Shown here: piece after piece, positions 48,875-58,561 of the stretch
Numbering within the stretch: position 1 is the first letter of the stretch
Layout: every line of letters begins with the position of its first letter
Assembly (NCBI GenBank): GCA_963796105.1
Contig: CAWCKJ010000004.1
Location: forward strand, 640,001 to 704,000
Source: a candidate division FCPU426 bacterium
GTDB taxonomy: Bacteria; Oederibacteriota; Muellerivitia; Muellerivitales; Muellerivitaceae
Length of the DNA: 64,000 bases
Direction: 5' to 3'
Program-made: the position numbers and the translations under genes
Notes under the pieces: generated by a model
Databases searched by the model: none
Told to the model about the DNA's origin: nothing
What the model saw: only the letters and a program-made list of their open reading frames with translations

Positions 48875-49061
48875 GGCGTACTTCCCGTCTTTAATTCATC
48901 CATCGGCGAGAGGCGGTCCAACCTTCTATGTTTCCAGGAGAAAATTCCAGGGGATAAAACTGTTTTATTGGGAGAAAAAATTTCACGGGTACGTTTAAAT
49001 ACCAGTGTTTGGCCGCGGCTTCCGACTCCCGGACCCAGGGCCCGTTGATACGGCCACTGGA

Positions 49062-49292
49062 TTAAATATTCCCAAAGAGTTTGCCGAAAGGACACCGCAA
49101 GGCCTTTTGCAATTTGACGACATTTTTCAGAGTGATGCTTCTTTCGCCGCGTTCCACGAACCCCACGAAATTGCCGGCCATATCCGCCTTCTCTCCCAAC
49201 TCGGCCTGGGTCCAACCCCGCTTCTTGCGGATGTCGCGGATGTTCGCGCCGAATTGAAGGAGAGTTTGCTGATCTTTTTTATTCCTTGGCAT
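49062..49292 (-). CDS. XRE family HTH regulator
   Basis: FGANIRDIRKKRGWTQAELG..VERGERSIT; ATG 49292 after GGAGG. Confidence 0.9.
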   Translation of the reverse strand: MPRNKKDQQTLLQFGANIRDIRKKRGWTQAELGEKADMAGNFVGFVERGERSITLKNVVKLQKALRCPFGKLFGNI

Positions 49293-49383
49293 GTGAACCT
49301 CCAGAAGTGTTTCCAAAATCAGCGGGACTTCCCAACAAATCCCGCGTTATTCAATTAAGAGCACCTCTAAATATTCATTTAGA

Positions 49384-49475
49384 CCCTCGCCCCATGAGGG
49401 AGAGGGTAGGGTAAGGGGTATTTATTCAAAGCATTTCCACCCTCATCCCAACCTTCTCCCCTCCAGGGAGAAGGA
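49384..49475. repeat. inverted pair of CCCTC..GGGAGAGGG REP-like palindromes
   Basis: ccctcgcccc-atga-gggagaggg..aagggg and ccctcatcccaaccttctccc-tcca-gggagaagg. Confidence 0.6.
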
Positions 49476-49906
49476 GCACAACAATTTCTAGAGGCTCCTT
49501 TAATATTATGTTAAAAATTTGAATTTGAGGAGATTCTTTTGCAACGAATGGTCAAGAATCTCAATAAGCAATGACTATTGGGTGTTCCTTTTGTGATCAT
49601 TTCCCCGGAAAATTCACTGCCGATCAGATTACTTTTCATCCAAATATTGATAAGGCCCGTTCAGTGAGTGGAGGCGATTCACCCCACCAGCGGAATTTAG
49701 GCTTGAGAATCAAAAAAAATTTATTTCCTCCAGCCGTCTTTTGGCAGGACTTATGCTTCCACCTTCCTCCAAGCCGGCTCGGACCCTTTTCGCCGCTCCC
49801 CTTGCTTTCCAAAGGACACCTCCCGTAAGGTAAAGGTGAGAGGTTAGGCCACACACCTTACCCCCCGTTCAGCGGCAGGTTCTCCCTGCCGGGAATCGAG
49901 AACGCG

Positions 49907-51202
49907 ATGGAAGACCTCGTGATTCTGGATGGCATACGAACGCCCTTCCTGAGGGCCGGGACCCCCGGGCACCACGCCTCGGCCCAGGAGCTGGCCCGCC
50001 AGGTCCTGGTGGCCCTGCTCAAGAAGACCTCCGTTCCCCCCGGCGAGGTGGACGAGGTGGTCCTCGGGTGCGTGGAACAGCCGGTGGACGCCCCCAACCT
50101 GGCCCGGGTCACGGCCATCCAGGCGGGTTTCCCCCTCCAGGTGACGGCCCAGACCGTCCAGCGCAACTGCTCCTCCTCCATGCAGTCCGTCACCACCGCC
50201 TGGGACATGATCCGCTCGGGAAGGGCCGAGGTGGTCGTGGCGGGTGGCGCGGAATCCCTCTCCAACAGCCCCCTTCTCTTCAACGACGCCTTCACCGGAC
50301 TCTTCAACCGTTGGGTCCACGCCAAGACTCCCTCCGCCAAATGGAAAGTCTTCTCCTGCTTCCGTCCCAAGATGCTCGTTCCCCGCGTGGCCTTGGCCGA
50401 GGGCCTGACCGACCCCATCTGCGGGTTGAACATGGGCCAGACGGCGGAACTGCTTTCCCGCGAGGTCGGAATCAGCCGGAGGGAGCAGGATGAATTCGCC
50501 CTGGAATCCCACCGCCGGGCCGGCCTTGCCGCCCAAAGCGGCCGCTTAGCCAGGGAAATTTCACCGATCTTCCCTCCCCCGGATTTCGAGCCCATCACGG
50601 CCGACAACGGCATCCGCCCCCAGGGGACCCTGGAGGCGCTCGCCAAACTCCCCCCCCTCTTCGACAAGCACCATGGAACGGTCACTGCGGGCAATTCCAG
50701 CCAGATCACGGACGGTGCCGTAGCCCTCCTGATTACAACCCGCTCCCGCGCCCAAGCCTGGGGGGTGAAACCCCTGGTGAAAATCACGGGTTTCGCCTAC
50801 GCCGGACTGGACCCCAGGCATATGGGCCTGGGGCCGGTCACAAGCACCGCCAAACTATTGGAGCGCCTGGGGCGCCCCCTCTCCGGCATGAGTCTTATCG
50901 AAATCAATGAAGCTTTCGCGGCCCAAGTGCTATCCTGCCTCCGGTTGTTCGAGTCGGACGCCCTGGCCTCCAAGTTCCTGGGGCTCTCCCGGGCGCCGGG
51001 GGCCATCAACCGGGATATCCTGAACGTCAACGGGGGTGCCATCGCGCTGGGGCATCCGGTGGGGTCCAGCGGGGGACGATTGCTTCTCACCCTCGCGCTG
51101 GAGCTGTCGGAAAGAAACCTGGAGACAGGCCTCGCCACCCTCTGCGTGGGCGGCGGCCAGGGGGCTTCCTTCGTTTTGGAGCGGACTTCATACACCAGGT
51201 AA
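49907..51202 (+). CDS. 3-ketoacyl-CoA thiolase (FadA/FadI-like)
   Basis: RNCSSS, NEAFA, GGAIALGHP and CVGGGQG motifs. Confidence 0.95.
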   Translation: MEDLVILDGIRTPFLRAGTPGHHASAQELARQVLVALLKKTSVPPGEVDEVVLGCVEQPVDAPNLARVTAIQAGFPLQVTAQTVQRNCSSSMQSVTTAWDMIRSGRAEVVVAGGAESLSNSPLLFNDAFTGLFNRWVHAKTPSAKWKVFSCFRPKMLVPRVALAEGLTDPICGLNMGQTAELLSREVGISRREQDEFALESHRRAGLAAQSGRLAREISPIFPPPDFEPITADNGIRPQGTLEALAKLPPLFDKHHGTVTAGNSSQITDGAVALLITTRSRAQAWGVKPLVKITGFAYAGLDPRHMGLGPVTSTAKLLERLGRPLSGMSLIEINEAFAAQVLSCLRLFESDALASKFLGLSRAPGAINRDILNVNGGAIALGHPVGSSGGRLLLTLALELSERNLETGLATLCVGGGQGASFVLERTSYTR

Positions 51203-51214
51203 AGGAGGATACGC

Positions 51215-53341
51215 ATGGATCAAATGATCCGCCTTGAAATGAACCCTCCCGTGGCCCACCTGCTCCTGGACGATCCAAGCCGGAAGGTCAACACTCTCAA
51301 CCACCAGGTTTTCCTGGAGCTCAATGAGGCCCTGGATTCACTCGCTTCCGATCCCTCCGTCAAGGCGCTCGTCATCCGTTCCGCCAAGCCGGGCGTCTTC
51401 CTGGCGGGGGCCGACCTGCGGGAGTTAAAGAATCTCGCAGGCTCCCCTTCCAAAGTCCGCGAGGGCTACCAAGCGGCCCGAACCGGGCAGGAGCTGATGG
51501 ACAAGATCGGGAAATTCCCCAAGCCCGTCGTGGCGGCCATCAACGGGGCTTGCATGGGCGGGGGGCTGGAACTGGCCCTGGCCTGCACGGCCCGCGTGGC
51601 GGCCAAGGACCCTTCCACCCAACTGGGGCTTCCGGAGCTGAAGCTGGGGATCATCCCCGGCTTCGGGGGCACATACCGGCTTCCAAGACTCATCGGTCTC
51701 GTCCGGGCCGTCGAGGCCATTTTGTCCTCCCGAACCTACGGAGCCAGGCAGGCCCTGAAGCTGGGACTGGTGGACGACATTTGCGAGCCGGAGCAATTGG
51801 CGCGGGTCTCGCAGGAAACAGCGCTGGGACTGGCCGAGGGACGGCTGGGCGAAAAATTCGCCAAGAGGAGAAAAAAAGCCCTCCCCTGGTACCTTCGCGC
51901 CCTCCAGCTTCCCATTCTCCGGCGGATTTTTTTCCAACTGGCCATAAGGCAGGTCCTGAAAAAAACACGGGGCCGGTACCCCGCCCCCCTTCGCCTGATC
52001 CGGCTCTTGTCGGAAAGCTATGGCGGGGACGGGGAAAAACACCTCGAAGCCGAAGCCTTGGCCCTCGCGGACACCCTGGCCACCCCTCAAGCGGAAAACC
52101 TGGTCCGGCTATTCCTGGCCTCCCAGGACGCCAAGCGTCCCGGCTCCTTGGCGCGGGAAATCAAAGCCGTGGGGATCGTGGGTTCAGGCCTGATGGGCTC
52201 GGGGATCGCTGTCAATCTCATCCACAAGGCGGAAGTAGAGGTTTCCCTCAAGGACACCGACTTGAAGATGCTGGGCAAAGCCTTGAAAAAAACATGGGAT
52301 TTTCTGGAAAAGCGCTCGAAAAGGGGCGAGATGGACCACGCCGAGGCCCTGCGGCGTTTCCACCGGCTTTCAACTTCCACCGGCCTGGAGGGCTTCCAGA
52401 ACCTAGATTTCGTCATCGAGGCCGTGCCGGAAATCCTGGACTTGAAGAGGAAAATTTTCGCGGAGGTGGAAGGGGCCGTATCGCCGGGGGCGGTTCTAGC
52501 CAGCAACACCTCCAGCTTGAAGGTATCGGATCTCTCGGCCCTGGCCTCGCGCCCCGAGAGGTTCGTGGGCATGCATTTCTTCTCCCCTGCCGAAGTCATG
52601 CCCCTGGTGGAGGTGGTCCGGGGGCCGAAGACCCTTCCCGAAGCCGTCGAGCGGACCGTCGCCCTGGCCTTGAAAATGGGCAAGATCCCCATCGTGGTGA
52701 AGGACACGCCAGGGTTCCTGGTCAACCGAATCCTTCTTTCCTACGCCCTGGAATCAGCCCTCATGGTCCAGGAGGGGGTGCCGGTTTCCAGAGTGGACGG
52801 CGCCGCTTTGTCTTTCGGTATGCCAATGGGCCCCATCCGGCTCATCGGGGAGGTGGGCATCGAGGTCATGCGAACCGTCATCCGCCGGATCCAGGAGGCC
52901 TACGGGGACCGCTTCCCCTCCCCTTCCTGGCTGAATCGTGAGGATCTGCGGATGGCCTTCCGCAAGGGAAAAGACGGCAAGTGGAAAGCCGATGGAAAAC
53001 TGATCGATGGCTGGACCGGCTCCCCCGACCCCGGCCTGTCGGCCAAGGAAATCCAGGACCGCTTCTTCCAGGCCATGCTGGGTGAAAGCGTCCGCTGTCT
53101 GGAGGAGAATGTCGTGGAGACGCCGGAGCTCCTGGACCTGGCCATGGTTTACGGGATGGGTTTCCCCCCCGAAAAGGGAGGGCCCTTGAGGGAAGCGGAC
53201 GCCAGGGGGCTGGAGATCCTGGTCAACCGAGGCCGGGAATATTCGAAAAAATTCGGGGCGCGTTTCGAGCCGCCGGCCCTGCTCGTTCAAAAGATGGAGA
53301 CGCGCGGAAGTTTCACCCGGGGCGCTTCGGAGCAAGGATAA
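51215..53341 (+). CDS. fatty acid oxidation complex alpha subunit (enoyl-CoA hydratase / 3-hydroxyacyl-CoA dehydrogenase, FadB/FadJ-like)
   Basis: AGADL, GGGLELALAC, PELKLGIIPG; GSGLMGSGIA, SNTSSL, HFFSP. Confidence 0.95.
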   Translation: MDQMIRLEMNPPVAHLLLDDPSRKVNTLNHQVFLELNEALDSLASDPSVKALVIRSAKPGVFLAGADLRELKNLAGSPSKVREGYQAARTGQELMDKIGKFPKPVVAAINGACMGGGLELALACTARVAAKDPSTQLGLPELKLGIIPGFGGTYRLPRLIGLVRAVEAILSSRTYGARQALKLGLVDDICEPEQLARVSQETALGLAEGRLGEKFAKRRKKALPWYLRALQLPILRRIFFQLAIRQVLKKTRGRYPAPLRLIRLLSESYGGDGEKHLEAEALALADTLATPQAENLVRLFLASQDAKRPGSLAREIKAVGIVGSGLMGSGIAVNLIHKAEVEVSLKDTDLKMLGKALKKTWDFLEKRSKRGEMDHAEALRRFHRLSTSTGLEGFQNLDFVIEAVPEILDLKRKIFAEVEGAVSPGAVLASNTSSLKVSDLSALASRPERFVGMHFFSPAEVMPLVEVVRGPKTLPEAVERTVALALKMGKIPIVVKDTPGFLVNRILLSYALESALMVQEGVPVSRVDGAALSFGMPMGPIRLIGEVGIEVMRTVIRRIQEAYGDRFPSPSWLNREDLRMAFRKGKDGKWKADGKLIDGWTGSPDPGLSAKEIQDRFFQAMLGESVRCLEENVVETPELLDLAMVYGMGFPPEKGGPLREADARGLEILVNRGREYSKKFGARFEPPALLVQKMETRGSFTRGASEQG

Positions 53342-53351
53342 AGGAGGGCTT

Positions 53352-55223
53352 ATGGACGGCATCGACACGAGCAAGATGACCTCAGGAAAGGCAGCGGCCC
53401 TGGAAACGGCTGAGGCCGCCAGGGAAACCGAGTGGAAAAACCCCAGCTTCATGGCGGAAATTTTCATGGGCCGGTTCCGGGAGGAGTTGTTGTGGCCCTT
53501 CCCGGCCCAGAGCGCCGAGGAAGAGGCGGTGGGCGGCAAGCTCCTGGAAAAAACGCGGGACTTCCTGGTAAAAAACGTGGACCCTGACCGGATCGACCGC
53601 GAGCAGGAAATGCCGGAGGAAGTCCTGAGGGGCCTGGCGGATCTGGGCCTCTTCGGCATGAAAATCCCCAGGGAATACGGCGGACTCGGCCTCTCCCAGG
53701 TCAACTACAACCGTGTGATCTCCCTCACGGCCACCCATTGCGCCTCGACAGCCGTGTGGCTTTCAGCCCACCAATCCATCGGGGTTCCCCAGCCCTTGAT
53801 GCTCTTCGGCACCGAGGAGCAGAAGAAAAAGTGGCTCCCGAAGCTGGCCCAGGGGCTGGTTTCAGGCTTCGCCTTGACCGAGCCGGACGTCGGCTCCGAC
53901 CCGGCGCGCATGGCCTCCACCGCGGTCCCCGCCCCCGACGGCAAGAGCTACCTGCTCAACGGCGTGAAACTCTGGTGCACCAACGGCCTCGCGGCCGATT
54001 TGCTGGTGGTGATGGCCTGTACGCCCCAAAGGGACCCCTCGAAAAGCGGCAGAAAAAGCATCACGGCCTTCGTGGTGGACGCGAAAAGTCCCGGCGTCAA
54101 AATCCTGAGCCGATGCCGGTTCATGGGGCTTCACGGCATCCAGAACGGCCTGATGAAATTCACCGACGTCAGGGTCCCCTCGGAGAACATCCTGCTGGGC
54201 GAGGGCAAGGGCCTCAAGCTGGCCCTCACGACGCTCAACACCGGGCGCCTCACCCTGCCCGCCGCCTGCGCGGCCACGGCCCGATCCTCCCTGGGCATGG
54301 CCCGCCGCTGGGCCGCCAAACGCTCGCAGTGGGGGGACCCTGTCGGCAAGCATGACGCCGTGGCCCAGAAGCTTTCCCAAATGGCGGCCTCATCCTTCGC
54401 CATGGAGGCGGTTTCCCTCTACACGGCCGGCCTCGCCGACTCTCACCAAGCCGACATCCGCCTGGAAGCTGCGGCGGCGAAGCTCTTTTGCAGCGAGGCC
54501 GCCTGGAAAATCGCCGATGACGCGGTACAGGTCCTGGGCGGAAGGGGCTATGAGACGGCCGAATCCCTGAGGGAGAGGGGCGAGACGGGGTACCCCTTGG
54601 AGCGCATGATGAGGGACCAGCGAATCAACCGCATCATCGAGGGCACCAGCGAGATCATGAGGCTCTTCATCGCCCGGGAGGCCCTGGACCGCCACTTGAA
54701 GGCGGCGGGCTCGCTGGTCAACCCCAAGCGCGCGGGATGGAAGCGGCTCGCCTCCGACGCCGTGAGGGCGGGGATTTTCTACGCCATCTGGTACCCGAAA
54801 CGCTGGCTTCCCCACGGCCTTCCAGGGACCCGCTCTTCCTGGGGAAAACTGGGAAGTCACATGGCCTGGATCAGCAACTCGTCCAACCGCCTGGCCCGGC
54901 GGTTGTTCCACCTGATGATCCGGTTCGGACCCGGACTGGAAAAGAGGCAGGCGCTCCTGGGACGCGCGGTAGATATCGGGACTGAATTGTTCGCGGCCTC
55001 CTGCGCCTGCTCCTACGCCCGGCACCTGGGGGAAAAGGGGAGGCAGGACGCCTTGATCCTGGCGGAAAGATTCTGCCAGGGGTCGAGATTCCGCGTCGAG
55101 ACCCTCTTCAGGGAGCTAGCCCGCAACGGCGACAAGGAAAACTACCGTCTCGCGCGCCGGGTGCTGGAGGGGGAGTTCGCCTGGATGGAAGAGGGCATCA
55201 TGCCCATCGAGGATTACAAGTAG
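53352..55223 (+). CDS. acyl-CoA dehydrogenase
   Basis: FALTEPDVGSD, NGVKLWCTNG, QVLGGRGY, RIIEGTSEI. Confidence 0.95.
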   Translation: MDGIDTSKMTSGKAAALETAEAARETEWKNPSFMAEIFMGRFREELLWPFPAQSAEEEAVGGKLLEKTRDFLVKNVDPDRIDREQEMPEEVLRGLADLGLFGMKIPREYGGLGLSQVNYNRVISLTATHCASTAVWLSAHQSIGVPQPLMLFGTEEQKKKWLPKLAQGLVSGFALTEPDVGSDPARMASTAVPAPDGKSYLLNGVKLWCTNGLAADLLVVMACTPQRDPSKSGRKSITAFVVDAKSPGVKILSRCRFMGLHGIQNGLMKFTDVRVPSENILLGEGKGLKLALTTLNTGRLTLPAACAATARSSLGMARRWAAKRSQWGDPVGKHDAVAQKLSQMAASSFAMEAVSLYTAGLADSHQADIRLEAAAAKLFCSEAAWKIADDAVQVLGGRGYETAESLRERGETGYPLERMMRDQRINRIIEGTSEIMRLFIAREALDRHLKAAGSLVNPKRAGWKRLASDAVRAGIFYAIWYPKRWLPHGLPGTRSSWGKLGSHMAWISNSSNRLARRLFHLMIRFGPGLEKRQALLGRAVDIGTELFAASCACSYARHLGEKGRQDALILAERFCQGSRFRVETLFRELARNGDKENYRLARRVLEGEFAWMEEGIMPIEDYK

Positions 55224-55270
55224 CCGTTTTTCAGCCGCAGCAGGGGAAGAACCGCCCCGGGGCGCCCCTG

Positions 55271-55747
55271 TTAGGACCGAAAAAGAAACCCAATGGGCAA
55301 GACCGCCGGGACCCTTTTCCGGTACTCCTCATAGGGAGCGCCGAATCTTTGGAGTAGATATTCCTCCTCAGCCCGCCCGCAGCGTTTCACGATGCCCATC
55401 AGTACGACGGCAGCCACCAGCGCCAGCCAAGTGTCCAGCCACAGCAATAATCCGGGCAAAACAAAGACGGCGAAGCCGGCGTAAAGGGGATGGCGGCAAA
55501 ACCGGTAAGTCCCGGTCGTGCAAAGGTTGTCGAGCTTGTAGGCCCTCATGACCGTCACCGCGCTCCAAAGCCAAAAAACCAGGCCGAGCCCGATCCAGAT
55601 CAAGGCGACCGGCTTGATGAACGGCTGGAAACCAAACAGCGAAAAATAAGCGGGGAAATGTTTCCTCAATCCCGCCATCAATCCCGTGACCCCGATGGAA
55701 TACAAGGCGATGAGCGGGCCCGCCCCAAATCTCGACATTCTTTCCAT
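55271..55747 (-). CDS. ICMT/PEMT family membrane methyltransferase
   Basis: LCTTGTYRFCRHPLY..EEEYL..FG..Y..Y...VP. Confidence 0.88.
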   Translation of the reverse strand: MERMSRFGAGPLIALYSIGVTGLMAGLRKHFPAYFSLFGFQPFIKPVALIWIGLGLVFWLWSAVTVMRAYKLDNLCTTGTYRFCRHPLYAGFAVFVLPGLLLWLDTWLALVAAVVLMGIVKRCGRAEEEYLLQRFGAPYEEYRKRVPAVLPIGFLFRS

Positions 55748-56013
55748 AGTTTTTACCTCCCGACCAATGAAAGGCCTTCACCCGGATTTTACAGTTGTTG
55801 GAAACTCCCCATTTCTCATTGCGGCCTCCCGCTTTCCCGCCTTGGAAAACAGAAGGCCCTGTATTATTCCCTAGGCTCAGGGTATCAGGGGCCCAACCGG
55901 AACGCGCATAAAAAAACCCGCCGTCCCAACCCTTTTACCCCCTTTCCCTCGTCAAATGACTGGCATTTCCTTCATTGGCTAATAGGGCCGTTTCCCTGTA
56001 GGATAACTTCGAA

Positions 56014-56958
56014 ATGAAAAAACATTCCATTTGGCTTTGCGCCGCCTTGCTGGTCGTTCTCGCCCGCGTCCTGGCCTCCTGCGGCATGAGCGGCGGCACT
56101 TCCGCCCCCTTCTCCCCGGCTCCCGTTCCCCCTGCCGGTCCCCCTACATTCACTGGCACCCCGACCCCCTCGCCCACCATCACCAATTCCCCGACCATCA
56201 CCTGCACCCCCACTATTACCAACACTCCCGCCGCGTACCTGAACGGCTCCGTGACTTACACCGGAAACCTGAACGGCGGAAGCGTGAACGCGGAGCATCC
56301 CATCGGCGTGGAGGTTTACGGGAATGACGCCCTGTCTGCCGAGGCTGGCCAGGGAATCGCCGGTTCCGCCGCCGTCACGGTGAACGGAGGCGCCTTCAGC
56401 GTCCCCCTTGAAACAGCCGGAACCTATTTCGTCCTGGTGAACTATGACTGTTTAGGCGCCACCACGCCCCTGGGATGCGTGGATGAGTCTGGGCCCCTTC
56501 CCGGGGAGCCTTACGCCCTGGCGGTCTCCCCGGCCGTAACCACCGGCTCCCTGCCAGCACCGCCCGTCACGGTGAACGCCGGATCCAACAGCCTGGGCGC
56601 CTTGACCCTCAATGACTCGGATATCGCGGGGGGCGTCACGGGCACCATCAACTTTAAGGATTCCAAGAAGGTCGCCGGCAGGAAAGAGATCCATATCCAG
56701 GCCTATGTATCCGGAACCAAGCATGGAACCTTGCTCACTGGGGATAAAGTCGCGAAATCGCCCGGCAAATATTATTTGACCTGTCTGGGAAAAAACGCCG
56801 GAGTGAGCCTTGACCTGGTGGTTTTTTATGACGCGGTGGGGGGCGCCCCCCTGACCGCCGTGCCCTTGCTTAACGACCCTGTGACCCTCATCAACAACGT
56901 TCCCACGACTCTCAACGGCCCCGGAAAGCCGCGCAACTTGTCCATCGACTTCCACTAA
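56014..56958 (+). CDS. lipoprotein with Pro/Thr linker and Ig-like domains
   Basis: IWL leader, LASC lipobox, PTITNSPTIT linker. Confidence 0.75.
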   Translation: MKKHSIWLCAALLVVLARVLASCGMSGGTSAPFSPAPVPPAGPPTFTGTPTPSPTITNSPTITCTPTITNTPAAYLNGSVTYTGNLNGGSVNAEHPIGVEVYGNDALSAEAGQGIAGSAAVTVNGGAFSVPLETAGTYFVLVNYDCLGATTPLGCVDESGPLPGEPYALAVSPAVTTGSLPAPPVTVNAGSNSLGALTLNDSDIAGGVTGTINFKDSKKVAGRKEIHIQAYVSGTKHGTLLTGDKVAKSPGKYYLTCLGKNAGVSLDLVVFYDAVGGAPLTAVPLLNDPVTLINNVPTTLNGPGKPRNLSIDFH

Positions 56959-57050
56959 CCGGCAACACCCGCAAAATAAAAAACCCCGCCCCGAAACCAC
57001 AAGTTGAGGGGCAGGATTTGGTTGTGCCCATTTCAAAAAAAGAAATGGGT

Positions 57051-57081
57051 ACCCCGCCCCGCGAAAACGGAACGGGGTTTT
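57051..57081. terminator. hairpin terminator between convergent genes
   Basis: accccgccccg-cgaaaa-cggaacggggtttt, same family as 47391. Confidence 0.5.
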
Positions 57082-57102
57082 AAAGAGCTATTCCAGTTCA
57101 GC

Positions 57103-57342
57103 TTAACGGACGATGATCTGTCCGGTTGGGGCCTGTTGGGTCCCAGTTTGAGGCTTGGCCTTCCCCTTGGGCGGCAGGGGCGGGCGTTTCATTTTGCTCT
57201 TGTCCACAGCCTTCATCGGCCCCGAGTAGGGCGGCCGGGTGTGAACCCGTTTGTGCTTTACCGTCGGCGTGGCTTGCTGGGCCAACGCCAGTGACCCGGC
57301 TATCCACAACCCCGCAACCGCCATCGCGATGATTCTTTTCAT
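57103..57342 (-). CDS. small secreted basic Pro-rich protein
   Basis: Paralog of 31098..31334 (KHKRVHTRPPYSGPMK). Confidence 0.75.
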   Translation of the reverse strand: MKRIIAMAVAGLWIAGSLALAQQATPTVKHKRVHTRPPYSGPMKAVDKSKMKRPPLPPKGKAKPQTGTQQAPTGQIIVR

Positions 57343-57403
57343 ACATCCTCCTTTATTTTAATTAATGTTTCGCGTCAACCTTGAAAGTCTTTTCACGAAT
57401 AAA

Positions 57404-58381
57404 CTATATCGGCAAATTCAAGCCGACTTGCAGGGGTAAAAAAATATAGGTTACATAGCCGAACTCAACCGCCAACTTGGCCTGGAAAAAAACATCCATG
57501 TTTTTCCCCGCGGAAAAGGTGACTCCCAGTCCCGGATCCACCTCGAGATTGGTGGAGACCGAGTTGTTGGTGGGATAGCTCGTCGCCACCCCGTTCACCA
57601 CCTGGACGAAGGCGCCGCTGGCAAAATCCAGGGACATTCCCAAACCCCAGGTGAAATAGGGTTTCACCGAGGGGTCCCCCACGTCGAAATGGTACTGGCC
57701 TACCAACTCCACGGGAATATGATTCTTGGCCGCGTAAGTCACTTCCCCAAAATCGACCTTCACGCTGTTTCCCGGAAGGTAGTAATAACCCGTTTCCAAG
57801 CCGAAGATGATCTGGGGCGTAATGGGATATCCCGCCATCAATTCCCCGCCGTATCCCACGCACAGGACATTGGAAGCCTCACTGCTGATGGGAATGGGCA
57901 CCAAGCCGCTGATTTGGACCACCCATTTCTCCTTCGGACGGTCGGTCTTGATCCAGGCGACTTCGCCCTCGGGGATGGGCCCATTGGGGGTCGTCGTGAC
58001 GGGAGCCGTGGCTGGAGGATTCTCGGCCGGGGCTTCCGCCGGAGCGGTGGCAACAGGAGATGCCACAAGGGGAATGGTCGAAGCCGGGGGAGCCGCTGCT
58101 GGTAAAACCAAAGCGGGTGAAACCGCCAAGGGAGTCGCCGCAACCGGGGAGGCAGTGATTACCGGAACCCTGGCCGCCGCTGGATTCGTATTCGTGGCAC
58201 CCGCTGCGGAAGTGCTTGCCTGAGGGATGGGGGTAGGGATAACCGCCGGATTGAACGCCGTCGGGACTGCCGTCGGGGCATTTATTGCCGACAAGGTTGC
58301 CCCAGGAAGCACCGCGTCCGCGGCGAACGAAACAGAGGCAATCAAAGCCAAAACAAAAGCCGGGAACAAAACTTTATTCAT
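57404..58381 (-). CDS. outer-membrane beta-barrel (OmpA/OmpW-like) with Pro/Ala-rich N-linker
   Basis: Signal peptide; GYGGE..GY, IPVELVGQY, KPYFTWGLG, PGLGV. Confidence 0.75.
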   Translation of the reverse strand: MNKVLFPAFVLALIASVSFAADAVLPGATLSAINAPTAVPTAFNPAVIPTPIPQASTSAAGATNTNPAAARVPVITASPVAATPLAVSPALVLPAAAPPASTIPLVASPVATAPAEAPAENPPATAPVTTTPNGPIPEGEVAWIKTDRPKEKWVVQISGLVPIPISSEASNVLCVGYGGELMAGYPITPQIIFGLETGYYYLPGNSVKVDFGEVTYAAKNHIPVELVGQYHFDVGDPSVKPYFTWGLGMSLDFASGAFVQVVNGVATSYPTNNSVSTNLEVDPGLGVTFSAGKNMDVFFQAKLAVEFGYVTYIFLPLQVGLNLPI

Positions 58382-58504
58382 ATCGCCCTCATCTCCATAT
58401 CCGTTCGCTGGTATTTCGGGAAAGCAATCTCATTCCTTATCTTATAAGGGCTTTTCCGGGAGCCTTCAACCAATAAAACCCGTTTGATTCCCTGCCCCAA
58501 CAAC

Positions 58505-58540
58505 AAAAAACCCCATTCCACATAAATGGAACAGGGTTTT
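58505..58540. terminator. bidirectional hairpin terminator
   Basis: aaaaaaccccattcca-cataaa-tggaacagggtttt. Confidence 0.5.
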
Positions 58541-58561
58541 AAAATCCTAGAACGGGAATGA

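Noticed and set aside
49844..55025. Long overlapping ORFs such as 51550..52941, 49858..50787 and 52754..53704
   Set aside because: Antisense or off-frame shadows of the beta-oxidation genes.
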